A DNA stretch of 64,000 nt from Candidatus Omnitrophota bacterium (GTDB lineage: Bacteria > Omnitrophota > Gorgyraeia > Duberdicusellales > 4484-171): the NCBI GenBank assembly GCA_021735655.1, contig JAIPGM010000005.1, positions 45,461 to 109,460 on the forward strand, read 5' to 3'. This document shows, piece after piece, positions 39,709-50,139 of this stretch. The first letter of the stretch is position 1, and every line of letters begins with the position of its first letter. Below the pieces are notes generated by a model. The model saw only the letters and a program-made list of their open reading frames with translations, was not told the origin of the DNA and did not search any database. The position numbers and the translations under genes were made by a program.

Positions 39709-41112
39709 ATGAAAAACAAGATAGCTATTATTGGTGCCGGGGTTGGCGGCTTAGCTACAGCTGCCCGCTTAAGCTTTAAAGGCCACCCGGTAGAAGTCTA
39801 TGAAAAACTTACCTGTTGTGGCGGCAGAGCCAATATCATAGAAGACAAAGGGTTTAAGTTTGATACCGGGCCTTCTTTTGTGATGATGCCTGACTTCTTT
39901 AAAGAAGTCTTTGACTACTGCCAAGAAGATATCAAAGCTTATCTGGACTTAAAAGTCCTGGATAAAAATTATAAAATATTTTATCCTGACGGCGATTCGC
40001 TTACTATCCATAAAGACAATCAAAAAACCGAAGCTGAACTGGAAAGGATAGAACCGGGAAGCTCTAAAGGCTATAAAAACTTTATTGTTGAAACCGGTAA
40101 AATCTATAAAGCCGTAGTTCCTCTGCTCTATCGCTGTTTCCGGCCCCAGGATGCCTTTAATCCGGCTTACTGGAAACTGATCAACAAACTGCATCTGGGA
40201 AAATCTTACTGGCAACTGGCAAAAAAGTTCTTTAAATCCGATAAACTCTGCTACGCTTTTACCTTTGAAGCTATGTTTATCGGCGTCTCCCCTTTTAAGA
40301 CTCCGGCCTTTTACAGTGTGATCGGTTACACTGACCAAGTCGATAAAATCGCTCACCCCATAGGCGGAATGTACCAAATACCTAAAGCTTTAGAAAAAAT
40401 GGCTTTGAAATTCGGAACAAAGTTTAACTACCAACGTGAAATAACCTCGCTAGAAGAAATCAAGGCTGATAAATTTGTGATCAATGCCGACTATTCTTTT
40501 GCTCAAAGTAAACTACTGGGAAAAAAGATCCCTGATTACGACTATTCCTGCTCAGTGCTCCTGTTCTACTGGGGAATGAAAAAGAAAATACCCAACCTCG
40601 AGCATCACAATCTTTTCTTTGCTCAAGACCTAAGAAATAACCTGAAAAATATTTTCCAAAACGGTATTGTGGGCGATGATTTTTCTTTTTATATTCACGT
40701 TCCCACAGTCACTGACCCCTCACTGGCCCCTGAAGGAAAGGATATCCTCTATATTTTAGCTCCGGTGCCGAATCTTAAAACATTTAAAGGGGATTTCAAA
40801 ATCTACGAAGATAGAATAAGAAAAAAAGTTATTGCTAAAATTGAATCACTGTGCGGATTTAAAATTGAAGATTCAATTGAAACCGAACACAAGTTTTACC
40901 CCGAAGATTTTATAAAAAAATACAGTATACTCTACGGGGCTACTTTTGGCCTAGCTCACAGCTTAAAACAAAGTGCTTTTTTCAGACCGCCTAACTACAC
41001 CTCTAAACAAAAAAACATTTATTTTGTAGGGGCCAGCACCCAGCCTGGGGGCGGACTACCTCCAGTTATTGCCTCATCACGAATAGTGGCTGATTTGATT
41101 ACTAAGAGCTAA
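39709..41112 (+). CDS. crtI: Phytoene desaturase family oxidoreductase (CrtI/CrtN-like)
   Basis: N-terminal FAD fold IAIIGAGVGGLATAARL. 467 aa. Amine-oxidase-like C-terminal region (YFVGASTQPGGGLP). Confidence 0.75.
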   Translation: MKNKIAIIGAGVGGLATAARLSFKGHPVEVYEKLTCCGGRANIIEDKGFKFDTGPSFVMMPDFFKEVFDYCQEDIKAYLDLKVLDKNYKIFYPDGDSLTIHKDNQKTEAELERIEPGSSKGYKNFIVETGKIYKAVVPLLYRCFRPQDAFNPAYWKLINKLHLGKSYWQLAKKFFKSDKLCYAFTFEAMFIGVSPFKTPAFYSVIGYTDQVDKIAHPIGGMYQIPKALEKMALKFGTKFNYQREITSLEEIKADKFVINADYSFAQSKLLGKKIPDYDYSCSVLLFYWGMKKKIPNLEHHNLFFAQDLRNNLKNIFQNGIVGDDFSFYIHVPTVTDPSLAPEGKDILYILAPVPNLKTFKGDFKIYEDRIRKKVIAKIESLCGFKIEDSIETEHKFYPEDFIKKYSILYGATFGLAHSLKQSAFFRPPNYTSKQKNIYFVGASTQPGGGLPPVIASSRIVADLITKS

Positions 41113-41953
41113 CCCCGATCAAGGCCCTTATTTTCTCAATTATTTTTTTGGTGACTTTATCAGGAGTAGAAGCTCCGGCGGTTATTCCGATTCTTTTAGC
41201 ACCTTTAAACCATTCTTTTCTTAAGTCATTATCTGACTGAACCCAATGGCTTTTCTTATTAACTGACCGTGATATTTCATATAGGCGCCGAGTATTAGCG
41301 CTGGTCTTTGAACCGATAATAACAACTACATCATTCTTAAGCGGCAAAATTCGAATCTCAGCCTGTTTTCTTCGGGTAGGAACACAGATGGTGTTAAAAA
41401 ATTTTAAATCCTTAATCTGAACCCTTAAACTTTTAACTATTTTTTTTACCTTCTCGCTATTTTGAGTTGACTGCACTACCATCCCGGCTTTTTTTATTTT
41501 TTTGAGTCGGGCTAAAGATAACTTATTGCTAATAATCAAAGGTTTACGCTTAAGGTTTCCCACAATGCCTTTAACTTCATGGTGATTCTCATCTCCGATA
41601 ATAATTACCACTCTGCCTTCTTTTTCCAGGCCTTGAGCTATTTTATGGATTTCTTTAACCATCGGACAAGTAGCATCAATCAGCTTATAACCTAAGCCTC
41701 TAGCCTGCTTCATGGTCTTGAGGCTGCTCCCGTGAGCCCTTATTAGCAAAACTTTACCTTTACCATTTTTTAATACTTTTACCTTTTTTATTCCTGAGGC
41801 GGCAATATCCCGGCAAACATCTTCGTTGTGAACAATATCACCGAGCATCTCTACCAAAGGATAATCTCCGGCAGACTTTAAAGCAATGTCTATTGCTCTT
41901 TTTACACCAAAACAAAATCCGGCTGATTTAGCTAGATTGATTTTAGGTTTCAT
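41102..41953 (-). CDS. ispH: 4-hydroxy-3-methylbut-2-enyl diphosphate reductase
   Basis: N-terminal AGFCFGVKRAI. Three conserved Cys regions and an HNE motif. 283 aa. Stop overlaps the crtB-like start. Confidence 0.85.
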   Translation of the reverse strand: MKPKINLAKSAGFCFGVKRAIDIALKSAGDYPLVEMLGDIVHNEDVCRDIAASGIKKVKVLKNGKGKVLLIRAHGSSLKTMKQARGLGYKLIDATCPMVKEIHKIAQGLEKEGRVVIIIGDENHHEVKGIVGNLKRKPLIISNKLSLARLKKIKKAGMVVQSTQNSEKVKKIVKSLRVQIKDLKFFNTICVPTRRKQAEIRILPLKNDVVVIIGSKTSANTRRLYEISRSVNKKSHWVQSDNDLRKEWFKGAKRIGITAGASTPDKVTKKIIEKIRALIGVSS

Positions 41954-42813
41954 CGGTATTTTCCTTCAATAATTACCTTGGCTAAGAGCCCCAATTTACC
42001 TAAGCGGCTCACCGAAGCCCGCTGGAAAAACAAATCGTAATTATTCTTTTCAATCTGATCAAGGATCGCCCCATATACCTTGCTCATCGCACAAACTACA
42101 AATCTGGAGCGCTTATCGGTTATCATCTTAATCCCTTCATCAGCCAATTGATAGTAATTTCTGGCCCGCCGAATCTGATATTTAATAAAAGTGATAAACT
42201 TATCGCTAATTTTTTCTGAACTCAAATCCTCCTGGCTCAAGCCAAAACTTTTTAGTTCATCCTGAGGTAGGTATATTCTGCCTAAGCCTAAATCCTCTTT
42301 GACATCGCGCAGGATATTGGTAAGCTGCATGGCAATACCCAGATCAACTGCCGGCTGTTTTGCCTTATTGTCCCGATAACCAAAAACCTCAAGCATGATC
42401 AAACCCACCACTCCGGCAACTTTATAGCAATAATCGTATAGCTGCTTGAAATCAGCATAACTTTTCTTTTCCAAATCTAAATGCATACCTTTTATCAATT
42501 GATCAAAATAGTTCTTGGGTATATTATATTTATCTACTGTCTGCTTAAAAGCTAAAAGCAAAGCTTCCCGGGAGCAATCCAAGCCATACGCAGAATTTAT
42601 CTTTTCTTCAATCCGGCTTAATTTTTTTAAGCCGCCGTTTGCGTTATCTACGCTGTCGTCGCTTATCCGACAAATGGCATATATACTGTAAGCGGCACGC
42701 CTTTTCTCTAAACCTAGAAATTTCGAGGCAAAATAGAAGGTTTTGGCGTGTTTTTTAGTCAGCTTTTCAGCCTCTTTAAATCCTTGATCAATGACTTTAC
42801 CCATTGAAACCAT
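41950..42813 (-). CDS. crtB: Phytoene/squalene synthase family protein (CrtB-like)
   Basis: Asp-rich motifs ICRISDDSVD and later D-rich region. YCYKVAGVVG. Confidence 0.75.
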   Translation of the reverse strand: MVSMGKVIDQGFKEAEKLTKKHAKTFYFASKFLGLEKRRAAYSIYAICRISDDSVDNANGGLKKLSRIEEKINSAYGLDCSREALLLAFKQTVDKYNIPKNYFDQLIKGMHLDLEKKSYADFKQLYDYCYKVAGVVGLIMLEVFGYRDNKAKQPAVDLGIAMQLTNILRDVKEDLGLGRIYLPQDELKSFGLSQEDLSSEKISDKFITFIKYQIRRARNYYQLADEGIKMITDKRSRFVVCAMSKVYGAILDQIEKNNYDLFFQRASVSRLGKLGLLAKVIIEGKYR

Positions 42814-42852
42814 TTTATATTACCGACCCCAAAAAGCCAACAAGAATTTACC

Positions 42853-43197
42853 TTGCTAAATCCTAGATTGCTAACTAAAATATATCTGATGTCAGATTAT
42901 TTAAAGGTTTTAATCCTTTCAGTTCTGGTTCCTTTTGCCTGCAGCTTCTACCGGCCACTGAGGTTTTATGAAAATCTAAAAGCCTTGCTTGTTAGTGTAG
43001 GCTTAGTGGTCCTGATTTTTGGAGCCTGGGACATCTTAGCTACAGCCCGCGGCCACTGGCATTTCAATCCTCAAGGAGTAGGATCGCTAAAAATAATTAA
43101 CTTACCCCTAGAAGAAGTATTATTCTTTATAGTTATTCCTTTTTGCTGTATTTTTACCTGGGAAGCAATAAACTATATTAAAAATAAAATCCAATGA
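42853..43197 (+). CDS. Lycopene cyclase domain protein (heterodimeric cyclase subunit, CrtYc-like)
   Basis: ~110-aa, 3-TM protein with the PLEEVLFFI motif of the lycopene cyclase domain. Overlaps its partner. Confidence 0.65.
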   Translation: MLNPRLLTKIYLMSDYLKVLILSVLVPFACSFYRPLRFYENLKALLVSVGLVVLIFGAWDILATARGHWHFNPQGVGSLKIINLPLEEVLFFIVIPFCCIFTWEAINYIKNKIQ

Positions 43198-43481
43198 AAG
43201 AATATACTCTCTTAGCTATAAGTTCGGTGGTTTTAACTATTATCTGGAATAATTTAAGCGGAGTAAAGCTGTTTAAAAAGAAAATTTTTTATTTATTTCT
43301 TTTTATAATCTTTCTGTTTAAACTCCTAGTCAATGGAGCCCTAACTAAAACTATTGTTTTATATAATCCCGATTTCTTTTTGGGCTTAAGACTGGGCACC
43401 ATCCCCCTGGAAGACTTTCTTTTTGGCTTTAGCATGGTCACTCTCTCTATAATATTCTGGGAACAGTTTAAAAAGCAATGA
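43194..43481 (+). CDS. Lycopene cyclase domain protein (partner subunit, CrtYd-like)
   Basis: 95-aa membrane protein with the IPLEDFLFGF motif. Translationally coupled to both the previous and next genes. Confidence 0.65.
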   Translation: MKEYTLLAISSVVLTIIWNNLSGVKLFKKKIFYLFLFIIFLFKLLVNGALTKTIVLYNPDFFLGLRLGTIPLEDFLFGFSMVTLSIIFWEQFKKQ

Positions 43482-44338
43482 AAAAAATATTTTTTATTCT
43501 TATTCTTTTAATATTCTTCTCCCTGCCATTGTTTGCTTTGGACTGGATAAATCTCCACCAACAGGCCTCGACTCAAACTCTGAGTAAAAATCCTCAATCT
43601 GAAAACGAACTATACATCCAGGGATTGGTTTATCTAAACGAACATAAAGACAATGAAGCTAAAGAGGTCTTCGACAAGCTTATTTCCCAAAACAACAACC
43701 TCTTTGAAGCCCGCTGGGGCCTAGCTGAAGTCTTGCGGCGTAAAAAAGCCTTAAAACAAAGCCAGGAAATACTTGATCAAATAATCCAAACTAATCCCGG
43801 TTTCTCACCGGCCTACATAACTCTTGCCTATATAAAGTATACCCAAACTAAATTCAATGAAGCCGCAAAACTGGCTTTAAAAGTCATAAAACAAGGCCCT
43901 GAGGCATCCGATATTGATAACTTTAGCCGGGCTTACCTTATTTTTGCCGGCTCCAAAGGCTTAATCGCTTCAAAGGGCGGACCGCTCTCAAAACTGATAA
44001 ATGGAACTCAGGTATTACCGAACTTAAAACGGGCTGAAAAGCTACGGCCGGACGCTCCGGAAGTCTTATTTGGCCTAGGCAACTTTTATTTCTTGGCCCC
44101 TGGTATTGCCGGCGGTAATCTGGACAAAGCCCAAGACTATTTGAAACGCTGTCTTAAAAAAGATCCCTCGTTTGCCGATGCCTATGTAAGGCTGGCTCAA
44201 GTATATAAAGCCAAAAACAATGCCGAACAGTATGAGCTCTATCTTAAAAAAGCAAAAGCCATTGATCCGCTTAACGAACTGCTCAACGATGAGCTCTCGG
44301 GAGAATGTAAGTTTAATTGCCAGACAGTAGAAGAATAA
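43478..44338 (+). CDS. Secreted TPR-repeat protein
   Basis: Signal peptide. TPR-like repeats. Confidence 0.55.
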   Translation: MKKIFFILILLIFFSLPLFALDWINLHQQASTQTLSKNPQSENELYIQGLVYLNEHKDNEAKEVFDKLISQNNNLFEARWGLAEVLRRKKALKQSQEILDQIIQTNPGFSPAYITLAYIKYTQTKFNEAAKLALKVIKQGPEASDIDNFSRAYLIFAGSKGLIASKGGPLSKLINGTQVLPNLKRAEKLRPDAPEVLFGLGNFYFLAPGIAGGNLDKAQDYLKRCLKKDPSFADAYVRLAQVYKAKNNAEQYELYLKKAKAIDPLNELLNDELSGECKFNCQTVEE

Positions 44339-44348
44339 ACCCGGTGGT

Positions 44349-45389
44349 TTAAGACTTTAGCAGTTTTTCCGGATATTTAATTAAAAAATCCTTATAGTTG
44401 CCGCTGATCGAAGACGAGTTTATCAAAGCTTGTGATCTTTTAACCAAAGAATTAATTTCTCTCTCAGCATAATCCAAGGCTCCGGATTCAGTAATAATCC
44501 GACGCACCTTTACCAAATCGTTTTGGCTTACCTTACTTTTAGCCAATAATCTTTTTATCGACATCCTAACAGCTTTGCTGCTATTCTGATAAGCTTGCCA
44601 GATAAGCAGGGTCTTTTTTGACTCCTGTAGATCAGAAAGGGTTGATTTACCGATTTTCTGCTCATCGCCAAACATACCTAAAATGTCATCTCGTATCTGA
44701 AAAGCCCTTCCCAAAAATATTCCAAACTTAAATAGTTTATCGATTTCTTTTTTAGGGGCTCCGGCTAATATCGCACCGCTAGCTAAAGGCGTAGAAAAAG
44801 TATAACAAGCAGTCTTATAATCATATATCCGATAAATATTGTCTTTAGTTATCTTTTCAATCGAATCTATTCCACCCAAAAGCTCAATAAACTCTCCTGA
44901 ACCAGTGTAGATAGCCGCCTCGATAAATTTTTTTAAAGCCTTTTCCTTGCGTTCCGGGTCCTCTCTTATCGCCAGAAAAGCTTTTATAGCAATAGCATAC
45001 ATTACATCACCGATAACTATACTTAAATCTTGACCGCTAAATTTAACCTTCTTATAGTTTTTTAAATATTTATCCAATAATTTATGCATTGAAGGCTTAC
45101 CACGACGAGTATCAGACTTATCAATTATATCGTCATGGACAAGCATGAAATCATGCATCAGCTCTATAGCCAAAGCACTGCGGTATAATCCGGCAGGTAA
45201 TTTCTTACTAAATCCCGAATAGCCGACCACAAAAAGTATCGGCCTGATCCGTTTTCCTTTACGCAGGATAAAATCTTTGATTGATTTAAACAGCAGCGGT
45301 GAGATTTTGCTCAAAGAATAGGTTTTATCTATATCGGTAGCGAACTTTTTAAGCTCAAGCTCAACTTTCTTTTTTATTTTATCAGGCAT
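44349..45389 (-). CDS. Polyprenyl diphosphate synthase (GGPP or longer-chain)
   Basis: First Asp-rich motif LVHDDIIDKSDTRRG. Second motif FQIRDDILG. 346 aa. Confidence 0.8.
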   Translation of the reverse strand: MPDKIKKKVELELKKFATDIDKTYSLSKISPLLFKSIKDFILRKGKRIRPILFVVGYSGFSKKLPAGLYRSALAIELMHDFMLVHDDIIDKSDTRRGKPSMHKLLDKYLKNYKKVKFSGQDLSIVIGDVMYAIAIKAFLAIREDPERKEKALKKFIEAAIYTGSGEFIELLGGIDSIEKITKDNIYRIYDYKTACYTFSTPLASGAILAGAPKKEIDKLFKFGIFLGRAFQIRDDILGMFGDEQKIGKSTLSDLQESKKTLLIWQAYQNSSKAVRMSIKRLLAKSKVSQNDLVKVRRIITESGALDYAEREINSLVKRSQALINSSSISGNYKDFLIKYPEKLLKS

Positions 45390-45411
45390 TTATTTATGCT
45401 ACCATATAAAC

Positions 45412-46308
45412 ATGGGCAGTTCAAATATTAAAAACTATACAAGAGCCTTAAGGCTTCCCTTTGTCACTGCTAGCCTATTTCCTTTTATTTTCGGATCATT
45501 ATTGAGCTTCTCCTCCTGGCTAAACTTTATTCTCGGCTTAACTTGCGCTATCGCCACTCACCTAGGAGCCAATCTAATCAATGACTATGCCGACTCAAAA
45601 TCCGGAGCTGACTGGCAAGATACAAAGTTTTACCGCTTTTTCGGCGGCTCTAAATTAATTCAGGAAGGAGTCTTTTCGGAAAAGTTTTACCTAAAAAATG
45701 CGATTTTTGCTTTTTTACTGGCCTTAGCCTGTGTTCTGATTCTAGCAGCACGATTTAAAAATTTATCAGTGTTAGGTTATTATTTATTTATCTTGTTTTT
45801 GGGCTTTTCCTATTCCCATAAACCGCTTAAATTTTCTTACCACCGCCTCGGTGAATTGATTATTTTTCTTCTTTTCGGACCGGCTCTGGTCATGGGTGCT
45901 TTATTTATCCAAACCCAACATTTTCCTACCTTGCAAGGTTTTCTGCTTTCAATACCCTTAGGAATATTTACCACGGCGATTCTTTTTGCCAATGAAATAC
46001 CTGATTATCTAGATGACCGAAAAGCTAATAAATTTACTTTAGTCAGCTTGTTCGGACCGAAAAAATCATATATATTTTATTATCTTCTCTTGCTCGTGGG
46101 CTTTTCCTCAATAATTATTAATGTTATCCTAGGCTATCTGGACTGGCCGGCGCTTTTGGCTCTTGCCTTAGCCTTACTTGGTTATAAAGCCGGCAAAATA
46201 TTAAAAGAAAACTACGCCGACAAAACAAAACTAATAAATTCGGCTAAAATGACCATAGCTTTACATAGCCTGGTAAGTATAATTTTAATTTTAAGTCTGA
46301 TCTTATGA
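45412..46308 (+). CDS. UbiA-family prenyltransferase (MenA-like or lycopene-elongase-like)
   Basis: About 8 TMs. NDYADSKSGAD Asp-rich motif. 298 aa. Confidence 0.7.
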   Translation: MGSSNIKNYTRALRLPFVTASLFPFIFGSLLSFSSWLNFILGLTCAIATHLGANLINDYADSKSGADWQDTKFYRFFGGSKLIQEGVFSEKFYLKNAIFAFLLALACVLILAARFKNLSVLGYYLFILFLGFSYSHKPLKFSYHRLGELIIFLLFGPALVMGALFIQTQHFPTLQGFLLSIPLGIFTTAILFANEIPDYLDDRKANKFTLVSLFGPKKSYIFYYLLLLVGFSSIIINVILGYLDWPALLALALALLGYKAGKILKENYADKTKLINSAKMTIALHSLVSIILILSLIL

Positions 46309-47372
46309 AAAAAATTGTTATTGTCGGTGGTGGCTTTGCCGGAATTTCAGCCGTAAAAACCCTGGCTAAATCTAAACTGGAATTAGTTCTTATCGATAAA
46401 AAGCAAAGTTGGGATTTTCTACCCTGCCTTCCCGATATCCTCAGCCAAAAAATAAATCCTGTATTTCTTACCGTAAATTTAGCTGATTTTATTAAAAAAC
46501 TTGGCGGTAAATTTATCAATCAAGAAGTAAAATCGGTAGATTTGGCTCAAAAGAATCTTAAGCTAGATTCTCAAGACCTAAGCTATGACTATCTGCTTCT
46601 TTGTAGCGGAACTAAAACTAATTTTTTCGGTAACTCGGAGATGAAAAGACAGGCACTAAAACTAGACTCAATAGCAGACGCCGAGCTTATCCTTAGCCGC
46701 CTAGAAAAAGATGACTTTGATAAAATAGTCGTTATCGGTGGTGGTTATACCGGAATTGAAATTGCCACTAACCTGCGACAGCGTCAGGCTAAACCGATCA
46801 GCATTATCGAAAAATCACCCAACCTGCTCGGTACTCTGCCTCAATGGATGAAAGATTACGTTAAAGCTAATCTTGATAGATTAAATATTGAAGTCCTGGC
46901 TTCTTCTGAAATCAGCCAGATTCCCAAAAGAACTTTGCTGATCTGGTCAGCCGGAGTAAAATCAGACGACTACATCTTTAACTTAAAACAAAACAAAACT
47001 CCCCAGGGAAGATTAAAGGTGGATAAATACTTAAAAATAACCGACAACTGCTTTGTGGCCGGCGACATAGCTAACTTTGATTATCGCAGCCGGCCCTTAA
47101 GAATGTCTATACAATTTGCTATTACTCAAGGCAGACTAGCTGCAAGAAATATCATAAACAGCATCAAAGGCAAACCTCTAACCGAATACAAACCTAAGGA
47201 TTTAGGCTATGTTATACCCATGCCCAACAACAAATCCTGCGGTTTAGTCTTGGGCTTGAGAGTAAAAAGCCGCTTAGCCACTTTTCTCCACTATTTTATG
47301 TGTATTTTTCGCTCGGAAAGTTTTAAAAATAAGCTGGGAATAATTAAAAATCTTATAAAAGGAGGTGCCTGA
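46305..47372 (+). CDS. NDH-2-like pyridine nucleotide-disulfide family FAD oxidoreductase
   Basis: Two dinucleotide folds: VIVGGGFAGISA and VVIGGGYTGIEIA. 4-nt overlaps with the UbiA and DoxX genes. Confidence 0.7.
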   Translation: MKKIVIVGGGFAGISAVKTLAKSKLELVLIDKKQSWDFLPCLPDILSQKINPVFLTVNLADFIKKLGGKFINQEVKSVDLAQKNLKLDSQDLSYDYLLLCSGTKTNFFGNSEMKRQALKLDSIADAELILSRLEKDDFDKIVVIGGGYTGIEIATNLRQRQAKPISIIEKSPNLLGTLPQWMKDYVKANLDRLNIEVLASSEISQIPKRTLLIWSAGVKSDDYIFNLKQNKTPQGRLKVDKYLKITDNCFVAGDIANFDYRSRPLRMSIQFAITQGRLAARNIINSIKGKPLTEYKPKDLGYVIPMPNNKSCGLVLGLRVKSRLATFLHYFMCIFRSESFKNKLGIIKNLIKGGA

Positions 47373-47785
47373 TGAAAAGCTATGCGACTCTGCCTCTGCG
47401 CCTGGCTCTTGGAGCAGTGTTTATTTTTCACGGCCTACAAAAAGCCTTTGGGCTATTTGGCGGACCAGGAATAAAAGGTTTCTCAGGAATGCTTGCTGGA
47501 CTAGGCTTTCCTTTTTCGGAAATCATGGCAATTCTAGTTGCCTACGTTGAGCTAATCGCCGGAATCCTTTTAGTTTTGGGGGTTCTAACAAGAATCTCTT
47601 CTCTATCACTTTTAATAATTATGATAGTTGCCCTGCTTAAAGTCCATCTAGCTAAAGGTTTTTCGATTATGAACGGTGGTTATGAATATGATCTGGTTCT
47701 AATTTTGATTTGTCTTTCGCTAATCATCTCCGGAGGCGGAAAATTAAGTTTAGGCCAAAAACTAAATAAATTAAAAAATCTTTAA
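47372..47785 (+). CDS. DoxX family membrane protein
   Basis: Four TMs. N-terminus LRLALGAVFIFHGLQK is typical of DoxX. Confidence 0.7.
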   Translation: MKSYATLPLRLALGAVFIFHGLQKAFGLFGGPGIKGFSGMLAGLGFPFSEIMAILVAYVELIAGILLVLGVLTRISSLSLLIIMIVALLKVHLAKGFSIMNGGYEYDLVLILICLSLIISGGGKLSLGQKLNKLKNL

Positions 47786-47802
47786 AATAAAGTTACAATA
47801 AG

Positions 47803-48132
47803 TTAAATCTTACAGCCACAATTTTTTCTTTTTAATATCTTTACCTGCTCTTTATAGGAATCTATAAATATACACTGCTTTTTTGAGCCGGTAGCTAATT
47901 TTCTATCAAGGTCGCTCTTATGCCTATATCCTCTATTGGCCATCTCCGCAACAAGTTTATTGTGCCGCAAATATAACGAAGCCAATTTACACTTCCATCT
48001 AAGCGTCTCCGGATGCCGAGAGTATCCTTTTTTATTCTTAGTTAGAATAGACCAAATAGCATGTAATTCCCTATGCTCACCTAGAAGATGATTGCGACAA
48101 AGTTTTTTTGGAGGTATATCCCAAATTCTCAT
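47803..48132 (-). CDS. Pyrimidine-dimer DNA glycosylase (T4 EndoV-like, Pyr_excise) family small protein
   Basis: N-terminus MRIWDIPPKKLCRNHLLGEHRELHAIW follows the MR.W..P..L....L..EHRE pattern of the family. Confidence 0.45.
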   Translation of the reverse strand: MRIWDIPPKKLCRNHLLGEHRELHAIWSILTKNKKGYSRHPETLRWKCKLASLYLRHNKLVAEMANRGYRHKSDLDRKLATGSKKQCIFIDSYKEQVKILKRKNCGCKI

Positions 48133-48261
48133 AATTAAAAGCTTGATTCTTCACAGCCTTTTCTGCTATTTCTACCGCCATTACCCGCCAACAACAAAAA
48201 CAAAAAAGCAACCCTAGGTAGAGAGCAGTAAAAAAGTTTAAGATATTTTGTTGCGAAATAA

Positions 48262-50010
48262 TTAAAAACTAACTTTGTAAGTAACCGATCCGCCAAGTTC
48301 GTAAAAGTCTTCTTTAAGCTGAGTTTCTAAATCAACCAAAAGAGTGGTATTTTTCTTGTTGAAGAATTCAAAACGGGAACCGACATTAAAGCTTGAGGGT
48401 GCCGGTCGGTAGCCTGAAGTTTCAAAAGAAGCCCCACCGCCCTCAAAACTGGCTAAAGACTGCTGTTTTTCATTCACCACACTGTAGAAATAACGAAAAC
48501 GAAGCTCGGGAGTGAACAGCATCTTCTCGCTCTCAAAAACCTTACTCAACCTAAGACCTCCGCCCAGCTGTAAAGTTTGGTAATTCTGAGACTCAACGCT
48601 GAGATTCAGCGCTCCGGCTCCAGTCTCAGTATAATCATCGAGCTCGAGATTAGTGTAGCTTAAAGCTAAAAGCGGAATGATCTCGAAATTCTTCTTTTTC
48701 AACTTATAGCCGCCTTCCAGGTAAGCTGAGAGCTGCTGGCCATCGTAATCAGCATTAGCCGTCCTTTCGATAGAACCGACAGTTACCTTTCTCGAATTAT
48801 TATATTCACTGTAGCCGTAAGTCAGCACTGCATCAAACAGATAAGGCTTATCCGGATGGCTATATTCTCCGTAAAGGCCGGTCTGATAACTTGTTATCCG
48901 AGTGCGCTCTTCGTTATCTTTTGACCTGATCTTACCTTCGCTAAACCCTTGGTCTATACCCAAGCGTAAAGAATTATTCAAAAACCCGTGGTCAAAGCCG
49001 ATAACATTACCCCAAAGCTTAGCCCGGTAACCCTTACTTGCACCACGCTCACCCTGCCGGGCATAGCCACCATAAGACTGAAACCAGATATCGTTATTAA
49101 AAGAATCCTCTAATGAGTCTTCCTCAAGGCTATCTTCCTCGATCTTTGAATCTTGTAAACGCAATACCGTGGTCCTGACAAATTTATCCAGGGAACCGTT
49201 TGAGGTATTGATTACTCCCCTGTTAGCAGAAAGGCCCATGTCGTTCTCGGCCGAAGCTACGCCACCACCAGATAAAGCTTCGAGAGTATTAAGAATCGTG
49301 GTCATGTCCGAAGAAGGATTGCTTATATTATCGAGAACCCGACCGACAGCAGCTGAATTAGAGCTGGAAGCCTGGCTTTCAAACCCAGAGGTTGACCGGT
49401 CAGCAGTTAAAACCAAGTTGCCTCCGGAATTTGACGCGCTAAATGACACCCGAGAGTTACTTGAGGTAACTGTAGTCGGAGCATTCCCTATTCCTGAACC
49501 ATTAGTATCGATAATAGTAAAGGTTGCATTTGACGGTATATAGATATCATTGCTAACTGTAACCGCCACTGTACTTGCTGTATTTACCACTGCTGCGGCA
49601 CCAGAAGTTATCCTGCCTGAGGTTGAAGGCGTATCAACGGTCAGGTTAAGGGTAGTCCCTGATCCTTGAGTATAAATGCCGGTACCGCCAAGAGTAAGAG
49701 TATTGGCTCCCAAGCCCAAACTGCCGGCATTATCTAAAGTAAGGTTTCCGGTAATTGTGCGGCTGCCAGTAAGATTTAAAGTTCCGCCGTCTCCTGCCGA
49801 ATCTACAGTAGTAGTTACGGCCGCCAGGTTATGCCCTAGAAAAAGTGTACCCTCCCCGGGCAGACGTCTGACTGCGGCTCGATTCGCTATGAATTCCGCA
49901 TAGAAGTCACCAGACCCAGCAAAAATCACGCCAGAATACGCCTGATTCCGACGGATTCCGAGGATCCGAAACAAAGCCCTGCCTTTGCCCTTGAAGCTCA
50001 AGGGTGCCAA
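48262..50010 (-). pseudogene. Autotransporter-like outer-membrane protein (Gly/Thr/Ser-rich passenger + C-terminal beta-barrel ending in F); N-terminus lacks a signal peptide, possibly 5'-truncated next to the IS
   Basis: C-terminal ~280 aa has alternating amphipathic beta strands and a terminal aromatic. Passenger has TLNLTG repeats. First 60 aa are non-hydrophobic and lie in the higher-GC DNA adjoining the transposase. Confidence 0.5.
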
Positions 50011-50139
50011 AATAGCCTTAAATACGCCTTAAAATAATGAGAATTTTTGAGGGGTTTTATGCCCAGAAAGGGCTATATGCTGTTTAGCGGGGTGCAGTTA
50101 ATATGCGACCGGTTTTTAAGGTAGGAAAAGTCGCCTAAC

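Noticed and set aside
49169-49903. Plus-strand ORFs of 124 and 75 aa inside the autotransporter passenger region
   Set aside because: These are GC-rich shadow frames of a Gly/Thr-rich coding region.
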